From assembly GCA_905178155.1 (NCBI GenBank), contig CAJINV010000005.1, forward strand, positions 2,296,054-2,360,053: a DNA stretch of 64,000 bases, in the 5' to 3' direction. The translations under genes and the position numbers were made by a program. Of the stretch, positions 13,698-25,089 are shown in pieces. The notes under the pieces are model-generated. The model had not been told where the DNA came from. It did not search any database and saw only the letters and a program-made list of their open reading frames with translations. Position 1 is the first letter of the stretch, and every line of letters begins with the position of its first letter. The stretch is from Amoebophrya sp. A120 (taxonomy: Eukaryota; Protista; Dinoflagellata).

Positions 13698-14605
13698 ATG
13701 GCTCCGAAATTCGACCCGAACGCAGTCACGTACGTGTACCTGCGTCAGTATGGTGGTGAGGCCGCCCCGTCCTCCGTGTTGGCGCCGAAAATCGGACCGC
13801 TCGGTACTTAACGCTTTTTGCATTTTTGCATTCCCGTCATTTTGGTTGTTGCATGGGCCAATTTTTGAGGAGTACTACGACGCAATCTAAAGCGCTGCTT
13901 TCGCGTAGAGAGCAGTTCCTTCTGTGCTTCTTCTCCACGCATGAAAACTCACAGAAATCTAAATCCCCTTCTCTGAAAAACAACAGGTATGTCCCCGAAG
14001 AAGATCGGTGATGACATCATCAAGAACTCCACCCAGTGGAAGGGCATCCGTATCACGGTGAAGCTGACCATTGCCAACCGTCAGGCCAAGGTCGACATCG
14101 AGCCGAATGCGTCGTCCTTGTTGATCAAGGAACTCAAGGAACCCATCCGCGACCGCAAGAAGACCAAGAACATCAAGCACTCTGGTATAGAAAGCGTCTT
14201 TGAATTTTTTTGGCATGCACTTTAGCTACAGCTACTGGATCTGCGACTTGGGAACATAATATGGAGTCTTTGAATTTCCCATGAGCATTGAACACTGCGC
14301 TCGTCGTTCTTCGTTGTACTTGGAACAATGAAATAGATAACTCGTCCCGCGGCTCTGATTCTGCCTAATATCCGACTTGAAGAAAATGCAAAAAATTCCT
14401 CCATCAAACAGGTAACATCTCCAAGGACCGTCTGTTCGCCGTCGCGCGCACCATGCGTTACAAGTCCCAGGCCCGTACCTTCAAGGGAACGGTCAAGGAG
14501 GTTTTGGGAACGGCTTTCTCCATCGGCTGCCAGGTCGACGGGTCCAACCCGAAGGACCTCCAGGAGGCCATCGACAACGACGAATGGGCCGTCCCGGAAG
14601 AGTAA
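13698..14605 (+). CDS. RPL12: 60S ribosomal protein L12 (uL11), exons 13698-13803, 13987-14184, 14412-14605
   Basis: Spliced product [21 protein letters not shown]...[19 protein letters not shown]...KNIKHSGNIS...[19 protein letters not shown]; canonical GT-AG introns. Confidence 0.97.
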
Positions 14606-15561
14606 ACTGGGCTGGATCTCTGTTCGTAATGCGCACCAGCTTTACAAGCCAGATAACGTGGGAGAGTGCTGCTGCTCTTCCACGTGTCGACTTATGACGT
14701 AATGTACCTAATTACCACTACATGATGTGTGAACAACAGAATGCACTACTACTTGCATACGCATTATTGTACGACATCGAGTGAAGCGGGAAAATCGTTG
14801 CTGAGTAGAGAGGAACACATGAAACTTCAAGACAAACATCAGAACAAAGCTCTGTAGGCACGATTTGCATCTCAACGAAACAAAAAAAAGTAGACGACGC
14901 TGCGTGTCCGCGAAGAAGTGGGGCTCTGGATTGGAGGATACAATGTGTTCGCTTTGGAAACGGAAATGAGAGCTCGTGGTTGTATCAACTTTTTCGCACA
15001 GCACGAATCATTGGCGTACTTTATCGTTCTCGCTATTTCTTTTCGAGCACAATGAAAGAAAATCTTTTGCCAGTGCCTGTGAGGATGAATACAGCCTGTG
15101 TGAGTCGTGAGAGAGTCCCGCGACAAAGCGGTCCCCATGGGACACGGGCGCTGCATCGGATATGTGCTGTACTTTGAAGAGAGACGGAGATTCCAGAACT
15201 CCGCTACTGAGTGTTGTGAGAATCTAGTTGTGTATGGTCGGTTGATTCGCCTTGTAGAAATGGGGAATAGCCCAATGTTGCGCCACATCGCATCTTTCGC
15301 TCTACAGGACCTCTCATCTTAAAGTGTGCTTGTTTTCTGCGACCTTTATGCTTGAGAATACAGTAGAAGATAGACAATATGCTCGAGAATACAGAAAGCT
15401 ATCTTCCGGCGGAGGGGCAACGAATCCTATTTTCGCTCGTACGACGTGTAGTCCTGCTCGTCTCGTTCGGGACGAGTCTGACATGACTTGACCTTCTACC
15501 CCGTTATTTTGCTCGTTCCTGCACGACTTCTGGTTCTGCCTGACCGTCCCAGCCCGCCACC

Positions 15562-18500
15562 ATGGTTCTAATCGAAGAGGACGAGAAGGCGGACAACGCC
15601 GACAAAACCTTCCGCTCCCATCTAGTAGAAAGGCTGTACCGGCTCCTCTGGACCAACGTCTTCTTCTCCATAGCGCTCGCCTTCCTCGGCTTCATCGCGA
15701 TGAACGCGTACCCGCCGAGCAACGGGGTGAGCTGCCGACACATTTTACCCTTTCTCCTCCACGTGCTCTTCATCAAGTTCGTGCACAAACTGCAGTATTC
15801 CCTCTACCGGAAGCACTACCGCCTGCGTCACTTCGAGGAAACGGGGATCGACTTGGATAAGCAGGAGGAGGAGCGGAGACAGAGGATGCATTTCGAACGG
15901 GAAAAGAGGAAAATTTCCATCCCGGGCTTGGGAACGACGAAAGCAACCGGGAAGTTCGCTGCGTTAGCGCAAAAAATTCCCGGCGCGGAAGCAAGGGGGA
16001 AGCTTTCCAAGCTTTTCGCGCGGTCTGCACACATGGTAAGTCAGCAGACGAGGTACTTCTTGCACTTCCTGTGGATCTACGAGGTGATTGCCATCCTCAT
16101 CCTAGCGTTCGCAACCTGGAGCCACTGCGGGGTATCCATTTACTTAAATGGTTTTGTGTTTTTTTGGAACTTGCGGGTTTTCAATGTTGCCGAGCTGATA
16201 TTACCTATCGACTCGTAAGCTGACACGTGCTCGTACTATCGCTGCCTCCGTGATGACAAACTTGAAATTCATTCGCTTCATACTGCTGAATTCAGATTGA
16301 AGACGAAAATTTTCACCCAATGCCTCTGAGTTGCGATACTTTTCTTGGGTAATACTTAGCAGTACGACCCACTCGTGATGAAAGCATACAAATTCATTCG
16401 CAAATCTTCTGGAGAAATTACTTTCTCTGAAGACATGTTTGTCTTTCCCAATGCCATCTGATCATTGCATCGTTTCGTCGGTAAGTAAAAACGTCGCTCC
16501 AGTCTACTTCTACACAAAACACAGCTATGGAAGTTGGCCTGCGATTTCTTTTTCATGATGAGCATCAATCTTATCGCTCAATCGGAGCGCAGGCGAGTGT
16601 TTGCGCTTTGACGAGTCAAATCTTATGCTACATGCTGACTTGCTATCATTTTCGCCTACTTCTTTCTTATCATATCGGGTTCGCGCACGTCGAAGATCCG
16701 AAATGAGGAAAAACCACAAATTCATTCGCATCTTCTGGAGGATCCGTTCCTTGAAGACGCTATTTGTCTCTACCCAATGCCATCTGATTTTTGCCCCACA
16801 ATTCTTGTGTATCGACAGACATACAGAATCTCGACGTTTATTTCTGTGATGAGAACCTTTTTTCATTCGCTTCAATTTCCTGAAACTACCAGGCTGAAGA
16901 CGAAATTTATTTCACCCAATGCCTCTGATAGAAAAACAAAATTGTTCTTTTGTGTATGGCACAGTATGGCAGGTCGAGATCATAGTGAACCCCCTCTTGT
17001 CGAAAGTTCCGAAAAATTATTGCAAGTGCAGCTCCCATTTCTCGCAAAAACTAGGTTTTCGGCCGTTCCGTGGTGCGCAACGAGGGCGAGGACGAAGATA
17101 TCTACGCGGGAATTTTCGGCACCGACCGTGGCCGGTTTGACAGCCAATCGAGCCAGTTTCCCCCGATCGGGAACCCGTACGACCCGGAGAAGGAACTTAC
17201 GTGCTGCGAGTGCCCGGGGGTGTACTGCCCCTACGTCTACGGACGGGAAAGCCTTGCGATCAACCCGAACTGCCCCTGTTACGAGTCGGAAATCCAGAAA
17301 CGCTACGACGCCGAGAAGCTCCGGTTGCAACAGGAGCGGGAAATCAGCCTCGCGGCGAAGAACGGCACCATTCTCTACTTCCGCGAGGACGGCTCCCGCG
17401 TGTTTGTGCAAAACGAAACCTTTCGGCTGGAGGCGCTCGCGCACCAGGCGGCGCTGGCAGCCGCCAGTGCATCGACCACCGCCGCGCCCTTCAACCCCGT
17501 GGACTTCCCGGCGCAGTGCTCGTTGCGCTACATGCGCCGGTCGTGTGTCGGCATGATCTGTTTCTACGGTTCGGAGGACGAGTACAATTCCCGCGTCCCG
17601 CCGGAGTGCCGGTCCGGGGTCGCAAACCCGGACCAGTGGCCCAGCGCGTCGACCGTCACGACGGATTTCTACGTGCCGCCCGTGACGATAGACACCAGCT
17701 CCGTCACCGCGGAGCCCAAGTACGAGCCGCCGGACTACACCGGGTGCTTGTTCGGCCCGTGGGGCGGCTGGGGGGCGTGCTCGGCCAAGTGCTGCTGCAA
17801 CGGACTGGAGTTTCGCGTGCGCAAGGCGGATCCGAGTGTGCCCTCCGGCACGTTCTGCGCGGCGGCGCAGGAAAACGAAATGCGACCCTGCAATCGGGAC
17901 GTGCCCTGCGTGGCCACGATAGAGAGGGTGTCGCTCGACTTGAGCTGCGAAGATAACCGAATGGAGTACCAGTGTGAGAGTGGTATTGATCGATTTGTGT
18001 GGAAATTATGGTGGTTGTTTGATATCAGAAATTGACACGTGGTGCTGCAAGATTGCTATGGAAATCTAGAAGTTTAGAACATGAATTTTGTCGTGATGAA
18101 ACCTTTTTTCGAAATTGCCGACAACGTTGCCAAGCGATTGGTATCGTGTGGTGGGGCTTTTTCAACACAACTTTAATATACTCTGAGACGAAATTCTAAA
18201 TTGAGTTGCTTGGAAATGCATCAAAATGATCCTTGATCGATCCCAAAGAAGATTACTAGCGCGATTTCGTATGCCTGGCAGACAACACTCTGTGCTCCGC
18301 GTTTCAACCCCTGTACCGGAGATGCAATTTCCATGTTTGCTATACCAAATCCAGCATTCGTTCCTATAAGCAACGTTTTCGCCTGCTTTTTTGCAAATGG
18401 TAGCGTTGTTTATTCCGAATGCTACAACACACCAGCATTTTTATTGCGTTGATTTCCTATTTTCGCAGGGTACGCCTGTCTCCGGCGTCTCCGCATCGGC

Positions 18501-21500
18501 CACACGGTCATGCTGGACGTGTATTCGGACGAGAAGGGGTTTCTCCTCCCGAACCAACGTGCAACCGTCGTGGGATTCCGCCTGCGCATGACGGAGCCGG
18601 GAAACTTCTGTCTCCGGTTTGTCGACATCGAGCGGAACGGGGTGAAGTGGACGTATTTGGAAGAATCTCTGGTCCACGTCACGCCGCACTTTGGCGAGTC
18701 CTGCCCGGTGGAATTCATGTTTCCGAATCAGATCATCGGACCGCAAACGGAACCGGACTGCCCCTTGAGTCGTGAGCCATACGTGAATTTCGCTGTCGCA
18801 GCGTACACGGCCACGACTACGGTGAATCCAGAGTATACTTGGTCATTTTTTCACTGCTGTCTTTATACAGTTTTGATGTTTCAGAACCTGTGCATGCATT
18901 TTGTTCCCTCGTGATAAAGTAGAACGAGATGTCGGAAGGGACGAGCAACATATGCTTCAAGTTCAACTCGGTCTGTTTCTTGCGAGGTTGGTTCCTTGGT
19001 GTACTCGCCTACCCCATGTGATCATGTGTCAACACGTGCATCGCCGTTTTAAAATTTTCTCAGGATCAAGTACCTCGGCCTGGAGGTACAGGTGTACGAT
19101 CCGCTGACCAAGCGGTACCGCCCAAAGTCCGAGGTGGACGCGGAGCGGGCAGAGATGCTGAAAGAAGACGAGACCGAAAAGGTAGGCTTTGCCCTGCTGG
19201 ACGACTGCTACCCGTACCTCTTCGTTCCCTACGTGGCTGGGCTATTAGAAACAGCCGTAAAAGCGCCCTGCCCCGACCAGGAGAGCTCCGGGCCGGTGTT
19301 CAAGCTCATTCTCGGTCTGGTCGCGATTCTGCAGGTCGTGATCCGGGCCTACTTCCTCTACGTGGAGCGGCTGCAGAAGCTGGAGATGGAGTCGGCGAAG
19401 GTGGTGCCACGGAAAACCGTGATCCACGCGGACATCCGCGACGGACAGGAGATCCTGCACTCCGGACACAAGTCGATCGCCATGATGACCACGGAGGAGA
19501 AGATGGTGGCGTTAGGGTACGGGGAGCAGGGGAAGCTGTTTTCCCAGTTAACCGATGAGGGATTCTCCGGGCACCTGCAAGTCTTATCCTCCTCCTCCGA
19601 AGAGTTCCATGAAGACGGGCACAAGGAGCGGCTTGGAAGGGTTTTAAACGAATCAGGGAAAAGGTACATGGAGGAGGAGGATTTGCCAGAGGAGTTTCAG
19701 AATCTGAGGAGCCAGCACGAGCGGTTTGCGAAGAAGCGGCACGAGGAGCGGATGCGGCGACGGGAGTACCTGGCCAGCATGAGTGAAGCGGACCGGGAGC
19801 GGCTGGACAGGATGTTGGAAGACCGGTTGCACAACAATCTGAAAGCGTCCTTCACGCAGGTGGACAGAAGGCGAAAATCCCAGGGGACCGCCCGGATGCA
19901 GCCGGCGCTGGAGCGCGACCTCGCGACGGGGACGTTCAAAATGGTCTTAGTGGACACGGCGCCCACGCCGCCCCCGGAGGAGGAGTTCCCGATCTACCGG
20001 CCAGGGGAGGACTATTTGCCGCCGGCGTTCCGCGAGTGGGAAGACGAAAAGGACTTTCCGGGGTCGACAAGCACGTTTAGTCCGACGAAGTCCTTTCTCG
20101 CATTGACGGATGCTGGTGGGAAGAGACGGAAGGTGTACCCCGAAGCAATAGAAGACGCATTTCCGGAGGATAGGCCGACCGCACGGTCGAGTAGATCTGG
20201 AAGGTCTGGCGGAGGCTTAGCGAGCCGGGCGATCGGGGACGGGCTGCTACCGGTGCTAACCGATGCGGATCTGGAGAAGTCCATTGGGTCGCGGAAATCA
20301 GGAGCAAGAAGTCAAGACAACCTCGACCAAAGCAGGTCCCAGTCGCAGAAATCGTCCCGAAAAGGTGGACCCCCCGGCTCCACCTCCGGCGCGGAACAGC
20401 AAGACCCTCTAGAGCTCTCCATCGTGCCCCCGATAAAAGAATTTGCCACCCCGAAGTCCATGATCCAGCCGCTCTCCCCCGGGCAGCAGGTCTCCGAAAC
20501 GCCCGCGGGCGGGGAGTTGTCCCGGCCGGCGCAATACCTCATGTCGCAGGTGGAAAAGGACGTGGCCGGGGATTTTGACTCCGCGATGATGGTGTATGAG
20601 GGCCCGCCCGGGTCTCAATTGCCATCTACAGGCCCGGTCCTTCCGCGGCCGCCGAAGGGGAGACCGCCAGATTTGAAACCGAAGGAGGCACCGGGGATAC
20701 GATTAGCGCCGGTAAGTCACATGCTGGATCGCCAGCGAGAAACGAAGGAAGCGCAGGAATCGATGGTAAGTTGTGTGATGCCTTTCGAAGAGCACAAAAC
20801 AGTTTATCGCGGCGACGTGCTTCTGCGCGTGCGCGTCTCAGTTAAACCTATGGTCGCTCCGTTCCGCTGGTTGTGTCTTCCGCATCACAACTAGCTTTTT
20901 ACGCAGACCAAAATTGAAACCCATCTCTCCGCCGACGTGATCTGTTGTGGTCACGCCGGATCGAATGAAGGGCACACTGTAGAAGCTAACTTTGGCCTGA
21001 AAGTGTGAGTATGCGGCGCATGCCTAAATATCTTAAGTCCTATCCTCTCCACCTCCACGCTTGCCGGACGAGTTGTACTAGCACCGACTACTTACACCGA
21101 TGGTTGCACGAAAACTACATTTTTTCTTAAATTCAAAACGAACGATTGCTACAGGCCCAGTCCTCACTCGACGCCTCCTTCGCAGACGGAGTTCCCCGCA
21201 CGCCCCACAGCTCCGTTGCCAGCGGGGTGATGCACGCGGGCAGACAGATCTTGATGACCGACAATCTGGGCAACGCTTTACTCACCGCCCGCGTCGACAA
21301 CCCGAGGCAGAGTGACAAAGTCTGCGTCAGCTGCAACACGGCGATCAGAACCAAGAAGGGTACGCGCGTGCAGGTATGCATATCGCCGGTCAACGACTAC
21401 ACGCTTTGCGCGCCCTGTGCCAAGCAGGTGGAGTCGCTGATGAGCTGCTGGCTCGGGAGAATCACGGAGGAGGACCAGTTGACCGCCGCGAAGATGCTCG

Positions 21501-22144
21501 CGAAAATTCAGGGCAAGCAGTACAAAGTCGAGAAAGAGCTGTACGTGATCCAAGGCGCCTCCGTCATTTTCAACGGGAAGGAGATTTTCAAACTCAAAGC
21601 GAAGATTTCGGTGGAAAAAACAAAGGCGAAAAAGCCCAGAGATCTCCTCTTCACGAAAGAGCAACAAGAAACCGCCGATACCCAGGTCGGCACCGAAAAC
21701 GCCGCGGAGAACTGGCAAACGCTGAAGGTTTTCCGCCCGATCATCGGCATCGTCGCCCCGGAGGGCGACTTGATCTGCATTGACGAGGTGAAAGTCGACG
21801 GGTCGATTGTCTGGTCAGACGGGGACGAGTGGGTGGTATTCGATGAAGAGGAGCAACAGAAAGAAAGGGAAGAGCGGGAGAAGCTTCGGTTGCAAAGGCT
21901 AGAAGAAGCGCGGTTGCAGGCAGAGTACGAGGAATTTCTCCGTCAACAGGAGATCGCGAGGATAGAAAAAGAGAAGAAAGAGGAGGAGGAGCGGCAGAGA
22001 CAGCTGGAGCAAGAGCGACTCGAGATGGAAAAGCAGTTGATGCGCGATAAGGGCTTCGATCCCGATGATATGGACGAAGAAGAGTTGGAGATGGCACGGA
22101 AAATCATTTACGGGAAAGGGGGAGACGATGACGACGACGATTGA
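15562..22144 (+). CDS. Large membrane protein with a thrombospondin type-1 repeat; exons 15562-16131, 17055-17982, 18469-18832, 19064-20765, 21155-22144
   Basis: Four phase-compatible GT-AG introns join ORFs 15562, 17070, 18510, 19092 and 21146. TSP1 motif CLFGPWGGWGACSAKC...EFRVRK...EMRPCN; N-terminal TM helices; C-terminal coiled coil. Confidence 0.7.
16245..16333 (+). ncRNA. Candidate C/D-box snoRNA (intronic cluster, copy 1)
   Basis: Box C GTGATGA 16250-16256, internal CTGA (D') and TGAAGA (C'), box D CTGA 16326-16329 preceded by CCCAATGCCT. Confidence 0.75.
16371..16465 (+). ncRNA. Candidate C/D-box snoRNA (cluster copy 2)
   Basis: Box C GTGATGA 16375-16381, C' TGAAGA, box D CTGA 16458-16461 preceded by CCCAATGCCAT; paralogous to copy 1. 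Confidence 0.7.
16550..16642 (+). ncRNA. Candidate C/D-box snoRNA (cluster member 3, unrelated guide)
   Basis: Box C ATGATGA 16555-16561, D'-like CGGA, internal hairpin, C' TGACGA, box D CTGA 16635-16638 preceded by CTTATGCTACATG. Confidence 0.65.
16699..16792 (+). ncRNA. Candidate C/D-box snoRNA (cluster copy 4)
   Basis: Variant box C ATGAGGA 16703-16709, C' TGAAGA, box D CTGA 16784-16787; closest to copy 2. Confidence 0.65.
16841..16934 (+). ncRNA. Candidate C/D-box snoRNA (cluster copy 5)
   Basis: Terminal stem TTTCTG/TAGAAA, box C GTGATGA 16846-16852, D' CTGA, C' TGAAGA, box D CTGA 16925-16928; closest to copy 1. Confidence 0.8.
18088..18192 (+). ncRNA. C/D-box snoRNA, snR47/U36-like 18S guide
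   Basis: Terminal stem TTTGTC/GACGAA, box C GTGATGA 18093-18099, box D CTGA 18183-18186 preceded by CAACTTTAATATAC, complementary to conserved 18S rRNA GTATATTAAAGTTG. Confidence 0.8.
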
Positions 22145-22662
22145 TGATTTGTCATGCTACAATTCGGATTCCATAGTGCCCGTTCTTCCCATTGACGTTG
22201 TTGAGAATACAGCCCGCCGCACTTGCGCTCTGCACACTGAGTTCTTAACGCGACTGTGTCCTGGTCATTCGACCCTGCGTTCGTGTGTCGAATCGTAGTG
22301 GCAAGACGAGTTGAAAAAACAACTACTTGCTGCTCTTCGATGCACGGTGCAGGTTCTGTGCAATGGAAAAAGATACAAAAGAGAATACAGAAAATAAAAA
22401 CAACCGCCAGAAGTCCCTTTTCTGTGGGGATGAAGCAGCGAATCGCCGCTTTTTGGTCCTCGGACATTCTTCATGGCTGTTCTGGAAAAGTTTGATTGCG
22501 AAACTTATTTTCATTTGTTTGACTTGGGTAGTTGCTATCGTAGTCGCACAAGAATCATGATACTTGGATGAACAAGGTTTTTCGGTAGCTTTCTTCAGAA
22601 GTTTTGGCGTTGTTACTAGCACGAGCACCACAATCTAGAAACCTTGTATTTGAAAAAGAAAA

Positions 22663-23661
22663 ATGATAGCTCGCAGCCCCTGCGGCCGAACTAGTTCGGC
22701 AATTTTCTTTTTTTGGCCGGTTGTTCTGTGGAAGCGTATCGGTGCAGCGCGCGCGGGAGCACAGCATCCCTTACCTGCTGTTTTTATTCGCGACCCTGGT
22801 GACCTGCGTGCTGGAAGTACAAGCAGTGCCTCCAGTAGCAAGTCGGATGCGAACCTCAAGACAGTTGAAGCAGGAGCCAATGCAGATGAAGATGCACCAG
22901 AAGGAGCGCGACACCGACCAGAAGCTCCTCCTTCCCCGCTTCCCACAAGAACCTCTCCGCAGGAGTGCTGGATCTGCTTGGGGCCATTTGGGGAAGCAGG
23001 CACCCCAAACGAAGCCTGCGGCCTTTTCCACTTAGCACCCACGGCGGAAGCACAAGGCCACGCCAACACCGCAACCCGGATGCACCTAGCCCACCAGTAT
23101 TGCTTGGAAGATTGGCGGATTAATGGAAGGAACCGTAGCTGGGAAAATCTCTGCACGCAATGTGGCAATCAAGGTTTTGCGATCGTTCCGGAACGGTATT
23201 ACTTCCCGCATAAAGAACTCAAACTAGGACGAGCGCGCCCTGATTCAGCTGGAGATGAGGATTTGAGCCTTTCCGCAGAAGCGTTGTCCTACCAACTCGA
23301 AGCGACCGAGCGGGAACTTTTAGCTGCGCGCTCGCTTTGTGTACCGCGAGATGATAATGTCGATGAAATAAACGAGCAAAGATGTAGTTGCTGTCAAAAG
23401 TGCCCCTCGCAGATAGTCCGCCGATACGTATGGGATAAGACTTCCTGTGCAGCTACAGCGGCGACATGTTTGACATCACTGGGCTGTCTGGCTGGGGTAG
23501 CTGGCATCGCGATCGCAGCGTCCGCGGAGTATGGTGCGGAGATTCAGACTGGTGCTGCCTCGTTTGGAAGCGGGGTGCTACTTGCGGCTTGCGGCTTGCG
23601 GGGTCGGGTTGCGTTGGTGCTGTGGTGTGGAAATCAATCCCGATGGAGAAGCTGCACTTGA
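22663..23661 (+). CDS. RING-variant (MARCH-like) zinc-finger membrane protein
   Basis: CWIC...C...HLAHQYCLEDW...CTQC followed by two hydrophobic segments. Start uncertain; overlapping ORF 23531-24022 may be a frameshifted continuation. Confidence 0.6.
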   Translation: MIARSPCGRTSSAIFFFWPVVLWKRIGAARAGAQHPLPAVFIRDPGDLRAGSTSSASSSKSDANLKTVEAGANADEDAPEGARHRPEAPPSPLPTRTSPQECWICLGPFGEAGTPNEACGLFHLAPTAEAQGHANTATRMHLAHQYCLEDWRINGRNRSWENLCTQCGNQGFAIVPERYYFPHKELKLGRARPDSAGDEDLSLSAEALSYQLEATERELLAARSLCVPRDDNVDEINEQRCSCCQKCPSQIVRRYVWDKTSCAATAATCLTSLGCLAGVAGIAIAASAEYGAEIQTGAASFGSGVLLAACGLRGRVALVLWCGNQSRWRSCT

Positions 23662-25089
23662 AGTGAGTCGTCACGATTCGCAGGCGCACCAAACGGAACA
23701 ATTCTGGAGGACACGTGCGGCGAAGCTGGAAAAGCAGTGTCAGGAACTCCGGAGGAGGCTCGAGGAGTGTCAGGCGCAACATCAGGGAGGGCGACCACAG
23801 GGCGTGCCATCGTTCCCTGTTGCTGATTCGCCACGAGAACTAGCAGCAGCTAGCTCGGAGTCGGACGCGACGCCGGGAGGAGGTCGCCCTCGCGCCTCGC
23901 TGCTTGCAACACTTTCACGGATGAACGCAGCAAGCTCGTCCGACACTGATCCTCGAGGGCATTTTCGCGATGACGAGTTTTTGTACCGCCTCGAAGCGGG
24001 TGCGGTGCATTCAATAGCATGACAAGTTGTCGATGTCGGTTTTGATCTTCGATGCTGTAGTGGTATTAATTTTGATTTATCCGTCCCCCTTCCACCCAAG
24101 AACCTGTGGTTATGTGAGTCTGATCCAATTTTCGTGTCGGTTAAGGAGGTAGTCGGTGCGCAAATGTACCTGTATATCTGTTTCTCCAGAGAACCTGAAG
24201 AATATTTACCGTCTGCTGGATTCAAAAAACGTCCTCGCAACGCAATCATGTACAATACAAAAGAGAGAAGAATATTTTTGACAAGGCCACACTCCACGAC
24301 GACGCTATGGTCTCTACCATCTGTACGATCGCAAGGTGAATACCTACTTCGGTTCTTGAGTGATGACAAACTTTTTCGACGAAGTGAGTTACGGTTGCAA
24401 GCATGTGCACTGGTCCGCTATTGCTCCCCAGAACGTGGTGATCCACGTACCTCGAAGCAACGATCAACTTTTCAAGCACCATGATCTGTGGACGAGATCT
24501 AGATGAAAAAAGTTCCTCGGTTGTAACAATGACGATCGATCCTTTGTTTTTGAGTTTTTACGAGATGCTATTTTTCATTCACGACCGAAGCATTATAGTG
24601 CATAGAACCGGAGCGAAGGTTTGAAATTGAATGGCATTTTTTTTTTTCGCACAGGACCGAGCATATTTTGGCACACACATTTTGAGTATGTATTTTACGC
24701 ATTTTATTTAGTTACGCGCTTTACTTTTTTAGGAATGCTGGTCTGAATTTGTCGTTTTGAAGTTACCTTTTACTGAGTTTCGCAAGCTGCGATCTGTACA
24801 TGATTTGGAAGTAGATCTTTTCTGATACTTTTGGCATTAGATCGTAACCCCTTTGCCTCCAAGAAGTTAGAGTAGTACCGCAGGATTTTTGCACAGCAGT
24901 TGTTGTCTTCCATACATAACTTTTTTCCACTGAGTAAGTACCTCGAGGCAGGCAAACAAGTATACTTCCTCGATATTGCGCTTTTAGTATGATCGTCATT
25001 TTCGTTTAAGAAAAACAATTCAAAGGTGGAGAACGAATCGGTTCAACCGACAGCACATCCGAAAAAAAACACACACACTCTATTCCATC

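Noticed and set aside
13804-14411. snoRNAs in RPL12 introns (hairpin followed by ACA near 13970; CTGA near 14356)
   Set aside because: Box sets are incomplete and no convincing guide was found; needs a covariance search.
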